Assembly (NCBI GenBank): GCA_038087875.1
Contig: CM075980.1
Coordinates: 9,238,001 to 9,302,000 of the forward strand
Direction: 5' to 3'
Origin: Malacoraja senta
Taxonomy: Eukaryota
Length of the DNA: 64,000 nucleotides
The first letter of the stretch is position 1. Each line of letters begins with the position of its first letter. The notes under the pieces were generated by a model. The model had not been told where the DNA came from, did not search any database, and worked only from the letters and a program-made list of their open reading frames with translations. Below are positions 21,831 to 33,875 of this stretch, piece by piece. A program made the translations under genes and the position numbers.

Positions 21831-23384
21831 GGCACTGGGAGTCATCTGGAGATTACCAGTCTCAAGGTCCTGTATTAACCTTTTGCCCCACTCCCTATAA
21901 TCACTGTTCACCCTTTTCCAACCCATGCCAGTTGTGCACAATTGCTTCTGCCTGCTCAATCAACCACAAGAATGTTTTGTAGGTGCTTTGAGACATCCTG
22001 GACCCTGGCACCAGGAATGTAATACACCATGCTGGAGTCAACTGTATAATCAGCTACTTCCTCTGACAGCTAATTCCATAGACCCACCACTGTCTGAGCG
22101 TGAAAGGTACCTGTCAGGTACCTAGTAAATCTTTTCCCTCTCACCTTAAACCTATGCCCTCTAGTTCTTGATTCCCGTATCTTGGGGAAAAGACCGTGCA
22201 TCCACCCAATCTATTTTGTTTATGATTTTATGTACCTTTATAATATCACTTCTAAGCTTCCTGCATTCAAATGAATGAAGTCTTATGCATTCCAATCTCC
22301 CCCTATATCTCAGGCCTGCAAATCCAGGCACACCTTCATAAATCTTCTTTGCATTCTTTCCAGCTTGCAGCAGGATGACCAATACTGAATATGATATTCC
22401 AAGTGCAACCACACATTTGTCTTGTACAAAGGTAACACCAAGTACCAGATGCCGAATCCAATTCCCTGACTAATAAAGACCAACATGCCACAAGACTTCT
22501 TCACCACCCCATCTATCTGTGTTGCCACATTTAAGAAACATTATAGTAGAACTCTGCACTACAACACTCCCCAGGGTCATGTGGTCATTGATTGTGAAGG
22601 ACCTTCCTTTAATACACAGTCGTGCTTTCATCCAGTCAGTGACAATCTTCTTAAATAGAAGAGCGCACTCGAGAATCTGAATGCTGATTCCTGCTTCCAA
22701 TTTGAACGTTGGTATGTTTTTAGATGTTGGCAACATGTTGACATCTGTTTTGTAGACTGTATTCACCTCAGCCATTATGCATTATTGGCTAAAATTAGTC
22801 AATATTTAAAGTGGTGGACAGGCTTCTAATCAATTTAGTTGCCTTGTGCTAGATCGTTTTGAACTTCTTCAGATCTCAATGAGTTGGACTCATCCAGCAA
22901 TGGAAAAACATAACAGAATCACATAGCGGTCTCATTTTGCGATTTGTGTATGATGTGAATGTTTTGATGAATCAGAAGATAAGTTACTTCCCACAGCATA
23001 CCCAGCCAATGGCCTACTTAACAATCCAGAAGCAGCTACATTGTTTTCCTGAGAATAGCTTATTTTTCTTGTAAATGGTGACAGACAGGAAATGTTATGA
23101 TGGGGGCGAGGTGAGCTAGGCAATGATACAGCAAATAAATTTGAAGAAGAGGTGATTAGAATCTCTGTTGATGGACGTGGTTAGTGACTAGTACTGATAT
23201 GACATGTGATATGAACACTTGTCTGCGTAAACCTGAAAGCTGTTCAGTTCTTCCCACATATGGGAACAGTATCATATTTTCTGACAAGCTGTGAATGAAA
23301 CTGAACATTGCAGAGTAATCAGTAAACATATCCACAGCTGACATTTTGGTGAGAAGAGTATTGTCAGCTGAAAATAGTTGATGC

Positions 23385-24130
23385 TGACAATAGACAATAG
23401 GTGCAGGAGTAAGCCATTCGGCCCTTCGAGCCAGCACCGCCATTCAATGTGATCATGGCTGATCATCCACAATCAGTACCCCGTTTCTGACTTCTCCCCA
23501 TATCTCCAGACCCCGCCATCTTTACGAGCCCTATCAAGCTCTCTCTTGAAAGTATCCATAGAACCGGCCTCCACCGCCCTTTGAGGCAGAGACTCGCAAC
23601 TCTCTGTGTGAAAAAGTGTTTCCTCATCTCCGTTCTAAATGGCTTACCCCTTATTCTTAAACTGTGGCCCCTTGTTCTGGACGCCCCCAACATCGGGAAC
23701 ATGTTTCCTGCCTCTAGCGTGTCCAACCCCTTAATAATCTTATATGTTTCAATAAGATCCCCTCTCAACCTTTTAAATTCCAGAGTAGACAAGCCCAGCT
23801 GCTCCATTCTCTCAGCATATGACAGTCCCGCCATCCCCGGAATTAACCCTGTAAACCTACGCTGCACTCCCTCATTAGCAAAAATGTCCTTCCTCAAATT
23901 AGGGGACCAAAACTACACACAATACTCCAGGTGTGGTCTCACTCGGGTCCTGTACAACTGCAGAAGGACCTCTTTGCTCCTATACTCAACTCCTCTTGTT
24001 ATGAAGGCCAACATGTCATTTGCTTTCTTCACTGCCTGCTGTCCCTGCGTGCTTACTTTCATTGACTGATGAACAAGGACACCCAGATCCCGTTGTACTT
24101 CCCCTTTTCCCAACTTGACACCATTTAGAT
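23385..24130 (-). mobile_element. CR1-family LINE 3' portion (RT C-terminus plus 3' UTR with (GACAATA) tandem tail)
   Basis: …GKGEVQRDLGVLVHQSMKVS…KKANDMLAFITRGVEYRSKEVLLQLY… and …EGVQRRFTGLIPGMAGLSYAERMEQLGL…RGHSLRIRGKPFRTEMRKHFFTQRV. Confidence 0.9.
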
Positions 24131-25004
24131 AATTGAGAGTACGTCCTTTGGAACACTATAGGTGGTACCATCTGACTAACATTCTGGCGTCCAGCAACCC
24201 CTAATACTCTCCTTTGTGTACAACGTGATAATGTCCAGTTAATAATCTTCCCCTGATTTACACTGATCCTATAATGACAACTTTTTTTGTTTCCCCTACA
24301 TTCTCATATCACCGACCCCACCCCACCCCACCCAGATTCCATATGCTCACTAGGGACTATTTAGAGTAGCCAATTAATCCACCAATTTACACGTCTTTGG
24401 GAATGTGGGAGGGAACACGAGCACTCGGAGGAAACTCACACGATCCAAGATCAGGAGTGGAGCCAATTCCGCCGTTCATATGGAAAACAATTGATTTATT
24501 CAGCGTCGGAGACGAGTGGCGTTATAACCGTGCAGCGAGAAACCATTAGGCGTTGCGTGGTAGACTGTGTGGGCAGTTTTGTGGCCTGTAATAACGGGGG
24601 GTGATGCATCCAGACGCTGCTGTCTGCACGCAAACAACATAGAGGCTGACTATGCATCATCATTTAAATTACTCCTTGAATGTTCCTTTCTGCAGGCGTG
24701 CCAGTGTGAGAGTGTGGTGTTAATGTGAAAGTAATCGGAGGGCATCAGCGTCTGAAAAGCTAGGAGTGGTGGAGACGCGAATAGTGATCAAACTGGCGGT
24801 GAACCTGCAGCAGTTTCACGGCGAAGGAGGTGTCGCGGCTCGTTGGGCTTCATCTGTCTCAGTAGGTGCCGGCGCATTTCTGTCTCGGGTTGTTGGTCCT
24901 GCTGTGGTTAAAACTGTAACGTTGGTGGATGTGTGGGTCAGTCATCAGGAGAGGATGGCAATGGTACGCGCCCTTTCGTTTTCCCATTTATGGCGGGGAG
25001 TAGA

Positions 25005-25049
25005 CCAAAGATCCTATTGCGGAGGATCCTATCGCTCTAGGATCTTTGG
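25005..25049. mobile_element. 45-bp miniature copy of the ccaaagatcc-TIR MITE family
   Basis: agtaga|ccaaagatccta…taggatctttgg|agtaga: 12-bp TIRs and a perfect 6-bp TSD. Confidence 0.75.
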
Positions 25050-26124
25050 AGTAGACTGCATTTCCAGACCAACCTTCAGAAGGACTCGCTGTCCTCCTGC
25101 TGCATTAACTCAGCGGGTCAAGCAGCATCTCTGGAGATAAAGGATGGGTGATGTTTCGGGTCAGGACCCCCCTACTCCCCCCCCCCCCCTCCCGCTGCTC
25201 TTCATAGTGAAAACTAACTTGCATCTCTCTCTTCCCCAGATCTGGCGAAGGTTCGCAAACCCGGAAGATTTTTCTTTCCACAGACTTTACTTGACCTTTT
25301 GATTTTTTCCCCCGCAGGAGATTCTGTTTTTGTTTCAGATTTGCAGCATCTGCAGGTGTTTTTTTTAAAAATAAATCCTTTCTCAGTTGGGAGCGCAACT
25401 ATAGCGTCAGCTCAGAGTTTACTCTCCGAAGGGCAAGGTGATGTTTAATTTACACAAATGTTATCGCTCTTTGATTCGGGCCAGTTTAACGCGAAGCCAT
25501 GGGGTCAATTACAAGACAGCAATGCATCCGTGCAGAAGCGCGGCCACAGTCGATAGAAGTCTCCCTCTCATGTGATCTTTAGTCTCGGCACCTCAAGTTC
25601 CTCAGATGTTTGTTCTAACGTTTGAGCGCCAGTCATGTCGCTGAGAACTGGTCGTGCAAACCCGATCAGTGGTTTGCCGGACCAGTGTCAGCCACGTAGC
25701 CGATTTAATAAAAAAATAACAGAAAATACTGGACATGTTCTAGTCAATCATAATATTTGCAGAATGAGACACAAAACAGGAACACTGAAGCGTTTGATCT
25801 TTTATCTGAACTGATAGGCAGATTTTAGAAATTGCAGATCAAAATAACGGCGACGGGAAACAGCAAAATATTCGCAGAGATTGGCTGAGGATGTACTGAA
25901 TCAAATGACGGCGCACAGCAAGGTAACTGACAGCGAGGTTCCATTTCTAAACCCGCAGGTCCTACCTAAACCGCTACCCGCCTTCCCGCCTTCAGCTATT
26001 TCTAACTGCAGATTTCGGCATCCATACTATTTTGCTTCGGTGGTGAAAGTTTTGTCGGAGGCAGTGACCAACAGTCATGGTGACTGTGATTTACACTTAC
26101 TGGATGCAGGTTGTCACAACTAGC

Positions 26125-26235
26125 CTAGATTTGTCCTTTAAGCTGCAGCTGAGAATAAACGACAGACACTTGGTCTCCATCGCAACTCTGTGTTTGGTGG
26201 CTGGCTTTGCAAATTTTCAGAATTGAATATTGTAC
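26125..26235 (-). CDS. Receptor exon 5: ITIM2 and ITIM3, stop codon
   Basis: tttcctatatttgcag|GTACAATAT…ATCTAG; encodes VQYSILKICKASHQTQSCDGDQVSVVYSQLQLKGQI*. Confidence 0.8.
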   Translation of the reverse strand, partial: VQYSILKICKASHQTQSCDGDQVSVVYSQLQLKGQI

Positions 26236-29200
26236 CTGCAAATATAGGAAATGTAGATAGCGGTTAATTGTCCTTATTTTGCCGTATACGATATTTAGCG
26301 AACAGAATGTTTACATTTATTATATTAGTCATTACAATTTGCAGTAAACTCACGTGACTTTAACCTGTAATGTTGCGGTAAGCATGATTTCAAACAATGT
26401 TAACTTTATGTCAGTCAGCTTTAAAATAGGTCTGCCCTTTTCTCATTAATTATATATGATATTTCACAACGACCCATTTCAGTTCATCGAGAAGATGGGG
26501 GCTCACTGAGGAAACCCATCCCACCGCTAATTTCTTTGTGGCATATTCTCCCACATACCAATCAACATCCCTCCCTCCCAGATTCTACCACTCACCAGCA
26601 AACTGGGGGGGAATCTACAGCGGCCAGTTAATCCTTGGGATCTGGGGGGGGGGGGGCGGGAGCACCTGGGGGAATCCCGTGCCTTCATGGGGAGAATGGG
26701 GGAAAGTGCTCACATACAGCGTGGACAGCAGTGTTGCACAGGAGATAGACACATAAAAGCTAGAGTAACTCAGCGGGACAGACAACATCTCTGGAGAGAA
26801 GGAATGGGTGACGTTTCGCGTCGAGACCCTTCTGCATTTGCACCTGAGTTGCTGGAGCCGCGAGGCAGCGGCTCTTGAATGGAGCCATTGGCTTGGACTA
26901 TGACTTCCCTTAGAACAATTATCTTTAATTGTTTTCCAGTAAAGCCTATGTAGTTGGATGTCTGTCCGAATACATTGCCATGTAGTTTGAAATGCACTTT
27001 TTTTGTTTTGTTTTTACAGCATACCTGCTCTGTAGAATTATTGGTGGCCTTTGCTATCACAAGATCAGAATAAACGACCTGTGAATCTGCAATCTGACGG
27101 GTTTCCGCCGGTGTTGTAGAAGACGTATTCGTATATATACCAGGTCCTGAAATGTCCTTTGGGAAACAAAAGAGTTAATTTCACGAAACTCAGTAACTAC
27201 ATGTTGAATCAAGATATATTGTCCACAATCTATGAGAGAAAAATTACAACTAATACCTTCGCTGTTTGCTTTGTTTAAATATAATATCATGATTTCAAAT
27301 TGAACAATTATTTTCAATCCGTATATACATTTCTGCCATTTTATCACTGCTTTCCCCCTAAATACCTTAATTACCAGAATATCAATTACTCTTTTCTCTT
27401 TGCACAAACCTAGGTCGAATATATTCTATCGCCTCGTTGGATCCTCAACATTTATTTTTCCAATACTAATGTCGCTAATATGGCTTGCCCATTCTAGTTG
27501 TTTGTCTGATTTTTCAATTTCCTTTTAGCTATCAGATGTTATCGCTGACCATGGAACTTCGCAAGGCGCAGCGATTAGCGTTCTAAGTGGATGCTTTGAA
27601 TTTGACTTAAACATGACACGTCTTTGAATCAAAGTGTCATATTCCTAAAAATGATGGAGAACAACTAAAACAGTGAAAACAAACAACGATTAAACACCTT
27701 TTGGAAAGTAAATGTCATTTGTTTGCACTAAAAACATATGGTGCGTAAAGGGACGTAAATTGTGCAGTTACACTACCTCCAGTACTGTTCCAGGAGTCGA
27801 ATCACTGTGCACCATTAACCGTTTTTCTAGAATTACAAAATAACCAAGCATTATTTCAAGTGATATGTTATTATTGTGTCAAGACTGCACATATAATCAC
27901 AAGGAACTACAGTTGCTGTTTTTACAAAAAATGACACAAACTGCTGGACTAATTCAGCAGGACAAGCAGCGTCTCTGGAGAACATTATGAACATAGAATT
28001 ATCCAATGTAATAACCCTTTAACCCCGCCCCCCTATTTTTCCTTTTAGTCCCACACCTATTTTTCTCCTACCCCTCCCCCTCGTTGTACATTCTTTCCTC
28101 TGGCTTCACAATTCGCAACTCTTCGATCTGTTCTTCTCACACTTTCTATTCTAATCCCCGGCCTTTGTTCCTACCAAATATCAAACTGTGCCTCCACCGA
28201 TTACCAGCAATGCTTTGTCCCGTCACCCCTCTCTTCCTGCTTCCCCCTCTCCTACAGTCAGTCTGAAGAAGGGTCACAACCCGAAGTCACTTATCCATGT
28301 TCTCCAGAGATGCTGCTTGATCCACCGAGTTACTCAATTACGTTGTGTCTTTTTAGCACAAACATCTGATTATTTTATATATATTGCAAATATTGCAGAG
28401 GAGGGGACGACTTGATTATTGGAGTGAAGATAGTAAGTCCTGCGATATGGATACATAAAGGAACAGTCTGTTTTAGGATGAATAAAATGGTAGAACTGAT
28501 AGAGTAAACTGAGATTTTATGAGAACTTATTTTTGTTTTTGTTGCTTTGATATCTTTGTAACAGTTACACACTTTGACGCATTTTAGTTGCCATATTTAA
28601 GCACATTGTGGTACACATACGATGGGCCAAATTGGGTACTCTTGCTGTACACTTCGATGATTCATTTTCACTGTTTGAAATTGATCGCCAACACTGTCAA
28701 TTTTACCTTAATAATTTGTTAACGAATATTATATATTCAGAGTATATTCGTTATTTACAGCGGAAAATTGGCGTACGCCTCTCACGTTGGCGGTGAAAGC
28801 TTAATACTCACGTTTTACTTTCCAACAGCTTACCGCTATGAAAATAATGACAAATACCAGGAGGCAAATCAGCGGATAAAGCCACGAATGTAGTTCTTTC
28901 CGGTTAACAGGACCTTTGAAAGAAATGTGCAAATATCATATTTATATTTATCGGAAACTATGATTGCCACGTTTTACTGAAAAGTAAATGAGTAATATGT
29001 ATCCTACGCCTGCAACGTTTTGAGATCCTTTACAATATTATATATGTAATCAAACTTAAAATGCCGAGGTTTAGTATTTTCTCGTTATATTCGGCCGAAT
29101 TTCGCTTCTCGGCGGAAGTGCTTTCCATTTAAATTACAAAAGTTAATATATTGTTTAAAGACAGCGGAAAGATGAGTTTCCTGAAGTAGAAAACTGATCA

Positions 29201-31068
29201 ACTGATATCACAAAACACGTTTGGCCGTCAGTGTTTAAAACTAGGAGTTCCCGCCGATGTAAAATTGGCAGCCGAAGGCTCGGAGTATTCACGTGGAACT
29301 AGAAGTTGACAATATTTTACAATGCACCCGTTATGGAATTCAGGTGAATTGTTAATCAAAACATGTATAATTTAGCCAAAGTTGCTTCATGACCTGCTGA
29401 GCATTTCCAACATATTTCAGATTTTCTGCATCTGCAATATTTTGTACAAAATTTTCATAGTGCAAGATCACCCGATTTGTGCCATTACTAACTTTTGCGG
29501 TTGTATTACTTTTCTTGAATAAACTGTGCAGACTTTCTGAAAATCAAAAATCGACTGCAACAATCGGAGTAAACTCAAAATGGTTGAACTAAACTGTGTT
29601 TTATTTTTATAGAGAATTGAAGATTCTCATCCACGATAACAAATGATGTCGGCTCGGGAAACATGTCAAACCAAGTTACAAATATATAGATGTGGTCTGA
29701 TCTGCAATCACAAACATCGTTAACTGTACAGAAAACAGGACAATACAGGACCTGAACAGGCGCCTCGGCCTCCAACATATGTGCCGAACATGACACCGAC
29801 TCTTATTTGCCTGCTCATAATCCATATCCCTCCTTTCCATGCTTATCCATGTGCCTATCCAAACGTCTTTTAAATGCCGTTATCGTATCTGTCTCCGGCA
29901 CCGTTCCCGTCGTTCCAGGCACTCCCTGCCTTCGGTAACTTTTTTTTTACCGCTCACATCACCTTTAAACTTTGCCCTCTCACAAACCAAACAGTACTTC
30001 TGAATTCTCACACTAGTCAAAAAGATGATGCCAACTCTAATTCAATATAACTATCATGGAGACGTTGCTCATCCGTTTGTATATCTACAGATCACGTAAC
30101 AATGTTTAGGTTACAAAATGATCCGTTTAACCATACTCAGGTGTACAATTACACTAATGCCAACTACCAAATGAAGTCGACGTGAAGCAGAATATTTTGA
30201 GATTATCTACATTGATCTTCTAAACCAGTTTGCAAGTCGAACATTTCAACATGTTGTTTCCATTTTTTTTCCTTTCCATCTCCCTCGAAGCCTACATTTC
30301 TTTTTGTGGGGACATCTATTTTGCAAATGCTGCTTCGTGTTTAATGTTCACCAGTACATTTCGCCCTCGAGGGACCCCGTTTTTTTGGGCCCAGGACAAT
30401 CCCACCTACACCTTCCCACACTCGGGTATATCACAACGCCAATTACTGGCACTCAGTAATGGTCGGGAGCAACAATCCAACTGACACCCTATTACCCAAC
30501 CCCCACCCCCCCCCCACCCACCCAAATCGCGAGCCGCCGCTGTTGCCCAGTGGCATCTCTGTCGAGTTTGTTTTGCTAGGATCAGGAACTGAAAGCTGCT
30601 GTTCAATTGATTTAATTTGAATTTAATTATGAATAATTGCATAATCCTACCTGTTACCATCAATAGGCTTCCGCTGCCGTTGAAACTCCGAGTGGATGGC
30701 GGATTCAACGTAATCAATTCACAGTAATATGTGCCGCTGTCTTCTTGCTGAAGATTATTTATCGATAATTGGCTTCTGTATAAGTGTTGGTCCCTAGTAA
30801 ATTCTAGCTCGAAGGAACGGAGTACTTTGGATTTGTTCATGTAAATTACGTAGGTCCCATTACTTGCATTGCTAGATTCGCGAAACCAATTGATTATAAA
30901 GTCGTGGATTTTATCAATTAAAACGGTACAGTTCAGCTTCGCTGTTCCTCCTTCAGACACTGTGAGATTACTAGGAGTCTGGGAAACCCGCATTCCGTCA
31001 GTAACAATCAGTGACCAGGTAGTGCAGAAAGTCCACATATAAAAAAATATAAATGTAACGATGTTCAT
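26125..31068 (-). CDS. Single V-set Ig-domain type I membrane receptor with three cytoplasmic ITIMs (PD-1/CD28-family-like; orthology unassigned), 270 aa
   Basis: Minus-strand exons 31068-30651 (leader+V), 28913-28812 (TM), 27826-27777, 27156-27025 and 26235-26125. All introns are GT-AG with polypyrimidine tracts. Phases 1-1-0-0 splice into one 813-nt ORF. V domain has C47, W61, DSGTYYC116 and FNGSGSLLMV. TM is WLYPLICLLVFVIIFIAVSCW. Tail carries IYTN, VVYSDL, VQYSIL and VVYSQL. Confidence 0.85.
27025..27156 (-). CDS. Receptor exon 4: YxN motif and ITIM1
   Basis: cttttgtttcccaaag|GACATT…GAGCAG|GTATGC; encodes DISGPGIYTNTSSTTPAETRQIADSQVVYSDLVIAKATNNSTEQ. Confidence 0.8.
27777..27826 (-). CDS. 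Receptor exon 3: membrane-proximal cytoplasmic exon (50 nt)
   Basis: ttttgtaattctag|AAAAACGG…CTGGAG|GTAGTG; encodes (Q)KRLMVHSDSTPGTVLE. It supplies exactly the phase 1->0 shift the model needs. Confidence 0.72.
28812..28913 (-). CDS. Receptor exon 2: short stalk plus transmembrane helix
   Basis: ttctttcaaag|GTCCTGTTAACCGG…GTAAAAC|GTGAGT; encodes (G)PVNRKELHSWLYPLICLLVFVIIFIAVSCWKVK. Confidence 0.85.
30651..31068 (-). CDS. Receptor exon 1: signal peptide plus V(J)-type Ig domain
   Basis: aaacATGAACATC… with an in-frame TAG 5 codons upstream. There is no AG acceptor between the ATG and the V start. Donor CAG|GTAGGA at 30650, phase 1. Confidence 0.88.
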
Positions 31069-31269
31069 GTTTACGAGACGCTACTGCGGGCAGACAGGTT
31101 TGCATTTGCAGTGGTTTGCCAGAGCTACCAGAGTTTGAGGCAGACACAAGGAACTGAAGATGCTAGTTTACAAAAAAAAGAGACACAAAGTGCTGGAGTA
31201 ACTTAGTGGGTCACGCAACATCTCTGGAGGACAAGAGTTTGAAGCTACCGGTTACTATTCCCTTTCACA

Positions 31270-32280
31270 GTTCGGCCGGATGTGTGCAGAACTCGGCGCT
31301 CTGCAGAGCCATGCCGCTGTTTATGGGACCGTGTGGGTTGCAAAGCCGGCCAATCGAAGGTTGTCCGGGGTGAGACTGGTCTTTGGGTTGGTTGGGGACA
31401 TGCCGAACCTCCTAAAGCCTTCTAAGGAAGTTGAAGCCTTGGCATGCTTTCTTGGTCATAGCTTCGATGTGACTAGTCCAGCACAAATTGCTGGTGATAT
31501 TTATTCCTATGAACTTGAAGCTTGCAACCATCTCTACTTCGGCGCTGTCAATGTATACAGGGGTGTGTGTGCTGCTTCGCTTCCTGAAGTCAATCACAAT
31601 CTCCTTTATCTTGCTGACATTGATTACAATGTTACAATGTTCTCAAGCTCCTTCCTGTACTCCGACTGGTCATTATTTGATATCCGGTCCACTATGGTGG
31701 TAGTGTCTGCGCAATTGTAAATTGAGTTGGATTGGTATTTGGCTGTGCAGTGTAGATATATAAGGAGTATAGTAGGGGGCTGAGAACGCATCCTTATGGG
31801 GCATCAGTGTTGAGGATTATGGTAGTGGATGATTGGTCACCTGTCCTCACAGATTGTGGTCTGTTGGTCAGGAAGTCGAAGACCCAATTGAAGTGGGGAG
31901 TGCTGATTCCGTTCCATTAGTTTGGAGATTAACTTGCTTCGGCTAATGGTATTGAAAGCACGGCTCCAGTATATGATGTAGGTTTTCGTCTCATCCAGAT
32001 GTTCTAGGGACAAGTGTAGGTGCCAGAGAGATGGCATCAGCAGTGGACCTGTTGTGGTAGTATGTGAACTGCTGTAGATCAAGGCTGCTTGGTAGGCTGA
32101 ATCTAGCTGCTCTAGAAGCAAGTCGTAATGGTGGATGTCAAGACATCTGAACGGTAGTCATTAAGGCATGAGATTTCGATTTTCTTTGGCATCGAGGTGA
32201 TAGTGGTCTTCTTGATACATGTCGGTACCTCACAATTAATACCCGGTCTACAACTAGACCAGTCCCATTTACCTTAAAGA
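31270..32280 (-). mobile_element. Rex1/Babar-like LINE RT fragment at the left edge of the Ig array
   Basis: …MIDFRKRSSTHTPVYIDSAEVEMVASFKFIGINITSNLCWTSHI… and …[11 protein letters not shown]…AFNTI..SKLISKL… Shorter paralogous copies at ~45720-46150 and ~61565-62000. Confidence 0.8.
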
Positions 32281-33875
32281 GAAAAATCTATGATGTTTCG
32301 AAGATCTACATTGATATCCTACACCCAGTTGCAAGTCGAACATATCCATGCTTTGTCCCCATTTTCCCTTCCCCCCGCGAGGCTTCGTTTGCTTTTGATG
32401 GGCGACGGGTATTTTGGAAATACTGGTCAACGTTTAGTGTTTCATCAACGCAGTATTCATCAACCTCCATACGAGCTTGGATATTTGGCCCAGCAAGCTC
32501 CTGCCGTCACATCTCCGCGGCGCCACATGGTTTATTTACGTACACTCGGAAATGACAAGGAACAATAATCTTGCTGACAGTCCCTCCCCACGAACCTCTA
32601 TTCGCCAACGACACCTCTTCCCTACTCTAGAGCCTCTGTGTCGTACAGTCTTGCAGCAGTAGATGGCAGCATTGCATCGTTTATGAAATAATGTTCATTT
32701 ATTGCGGTGATAGGACAAATGGTCAATTATCACTGTAGCAATATTACGATAATGTGCATGCCCATAAACCCATCTAATGCCTAGTCATTTGGCGATTATG
32801 GGTGTGGATGCGAATATACGAAGTGAGGAGCGGCTTTAACCTTTGACACATGACAGTAAAAAAGACGGAGGCAATAAACTTACTGAATACTCAATTGCAC
32901 TTGGAGAAACAGACACAACATATTTTTCCTCGTAAGTGCAATTCATAGCGACATAGTCTTAAAAAACGAGTTCGGACAAAAAGCATACAAGCAGCTCCCA
33001 CTGGGTAAAGGCGGTAATAGAAATCGACCGCGTGGGCAGAAGATACTGATGCAGTCTCCGATTATAACGGTAGATGGCGCTGCCGTACCGTACTTATGTG
33101 CTGAAGCTCAACCCGCTAATTCTGAAATGGGACAACCGCAATATTATGTCTGAGCTCACGTATAGGCCAGACCAGCAATAATTAGATTATTTCCCCTTGA
33201 AGGATATATTTGGGATCCAGTTATTTTGTAATAATCATTTATACAATCTGATGTTTCTTTTGAAAGATTCCAGACACTTAACAGAATTTAGATTCCACGC
33301 CTTCCCTGTTGAAATAGGTCTGGATGTATGGTCCAGGCCTCTGCGTTCGTAGTGATGTGATTTCGGTTTGAAACCATTGCTTATCTGCACTTCCTTCACC
33401 TTTGCAGGGAGCGAATTGGAGGAATCTTTCACTGCATAAAAATATTCTCCTTTCACAGTTTTCTGATTCTGCTACGGTCTAACCAGCTTGAGAGCTAACC
33501 TCTCCGCTTACTCAATACTTCGTTCTTTGCAACCCAACATATATCACAGGATTTGCTCACTTCTCTCGCGATATATCTTTCTACCTTGCCAGATGTGTGC
33601 TCATGAACCCAAAGTCCCTCGGTTCCTGCGCACTATGAACCCCCCCCCCCCCTACCTGCCTTCCATTCACGAGGCAAAATTTCCTAGCTCACACTTCTCT
33701 GTGATAGATTTCAACCATAATTTATCTGCTCATTCTCCTGTCATATTAAAATTTGAAGTGCACGCTGAGTACTCGTCTCTCTCTCCTGCGTGTAAGCCGC
33801 TATTCTATCATGATTGTTGATGTGAATATATTGCTGTCGGTACAGAACACAACTAGTATGGGTATAGAGGAGAAT

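Noticed and set aside
27803-27809. CACAGTG/CACTGTG heptamers (also 30958, 39760, 41461) as recombination signals
   Set aside because: No ACAAAAACC-like nonamer at 12 or 23 bp spacing in those I checked, and most lie inside exons or at splice junctions.
30406-30650. C-terminal 80 aa of the 220-aa ORF in the track
   Set aside because: Intronic read-through past the CAG|GTAGGA donor.
26125-31068. Calling the receptor PDCD1 (PD-1), CD28, CTLA4 or VPREB
   Set aside because: The ectodomain resembles PD-1, but the tail lacks the DYGxL ITIM and TEYATI ITSM. There is no MYPPPY motif for CD28/CTLA4, and VpreB has no TM or ITIM tail. No symbol assigned.
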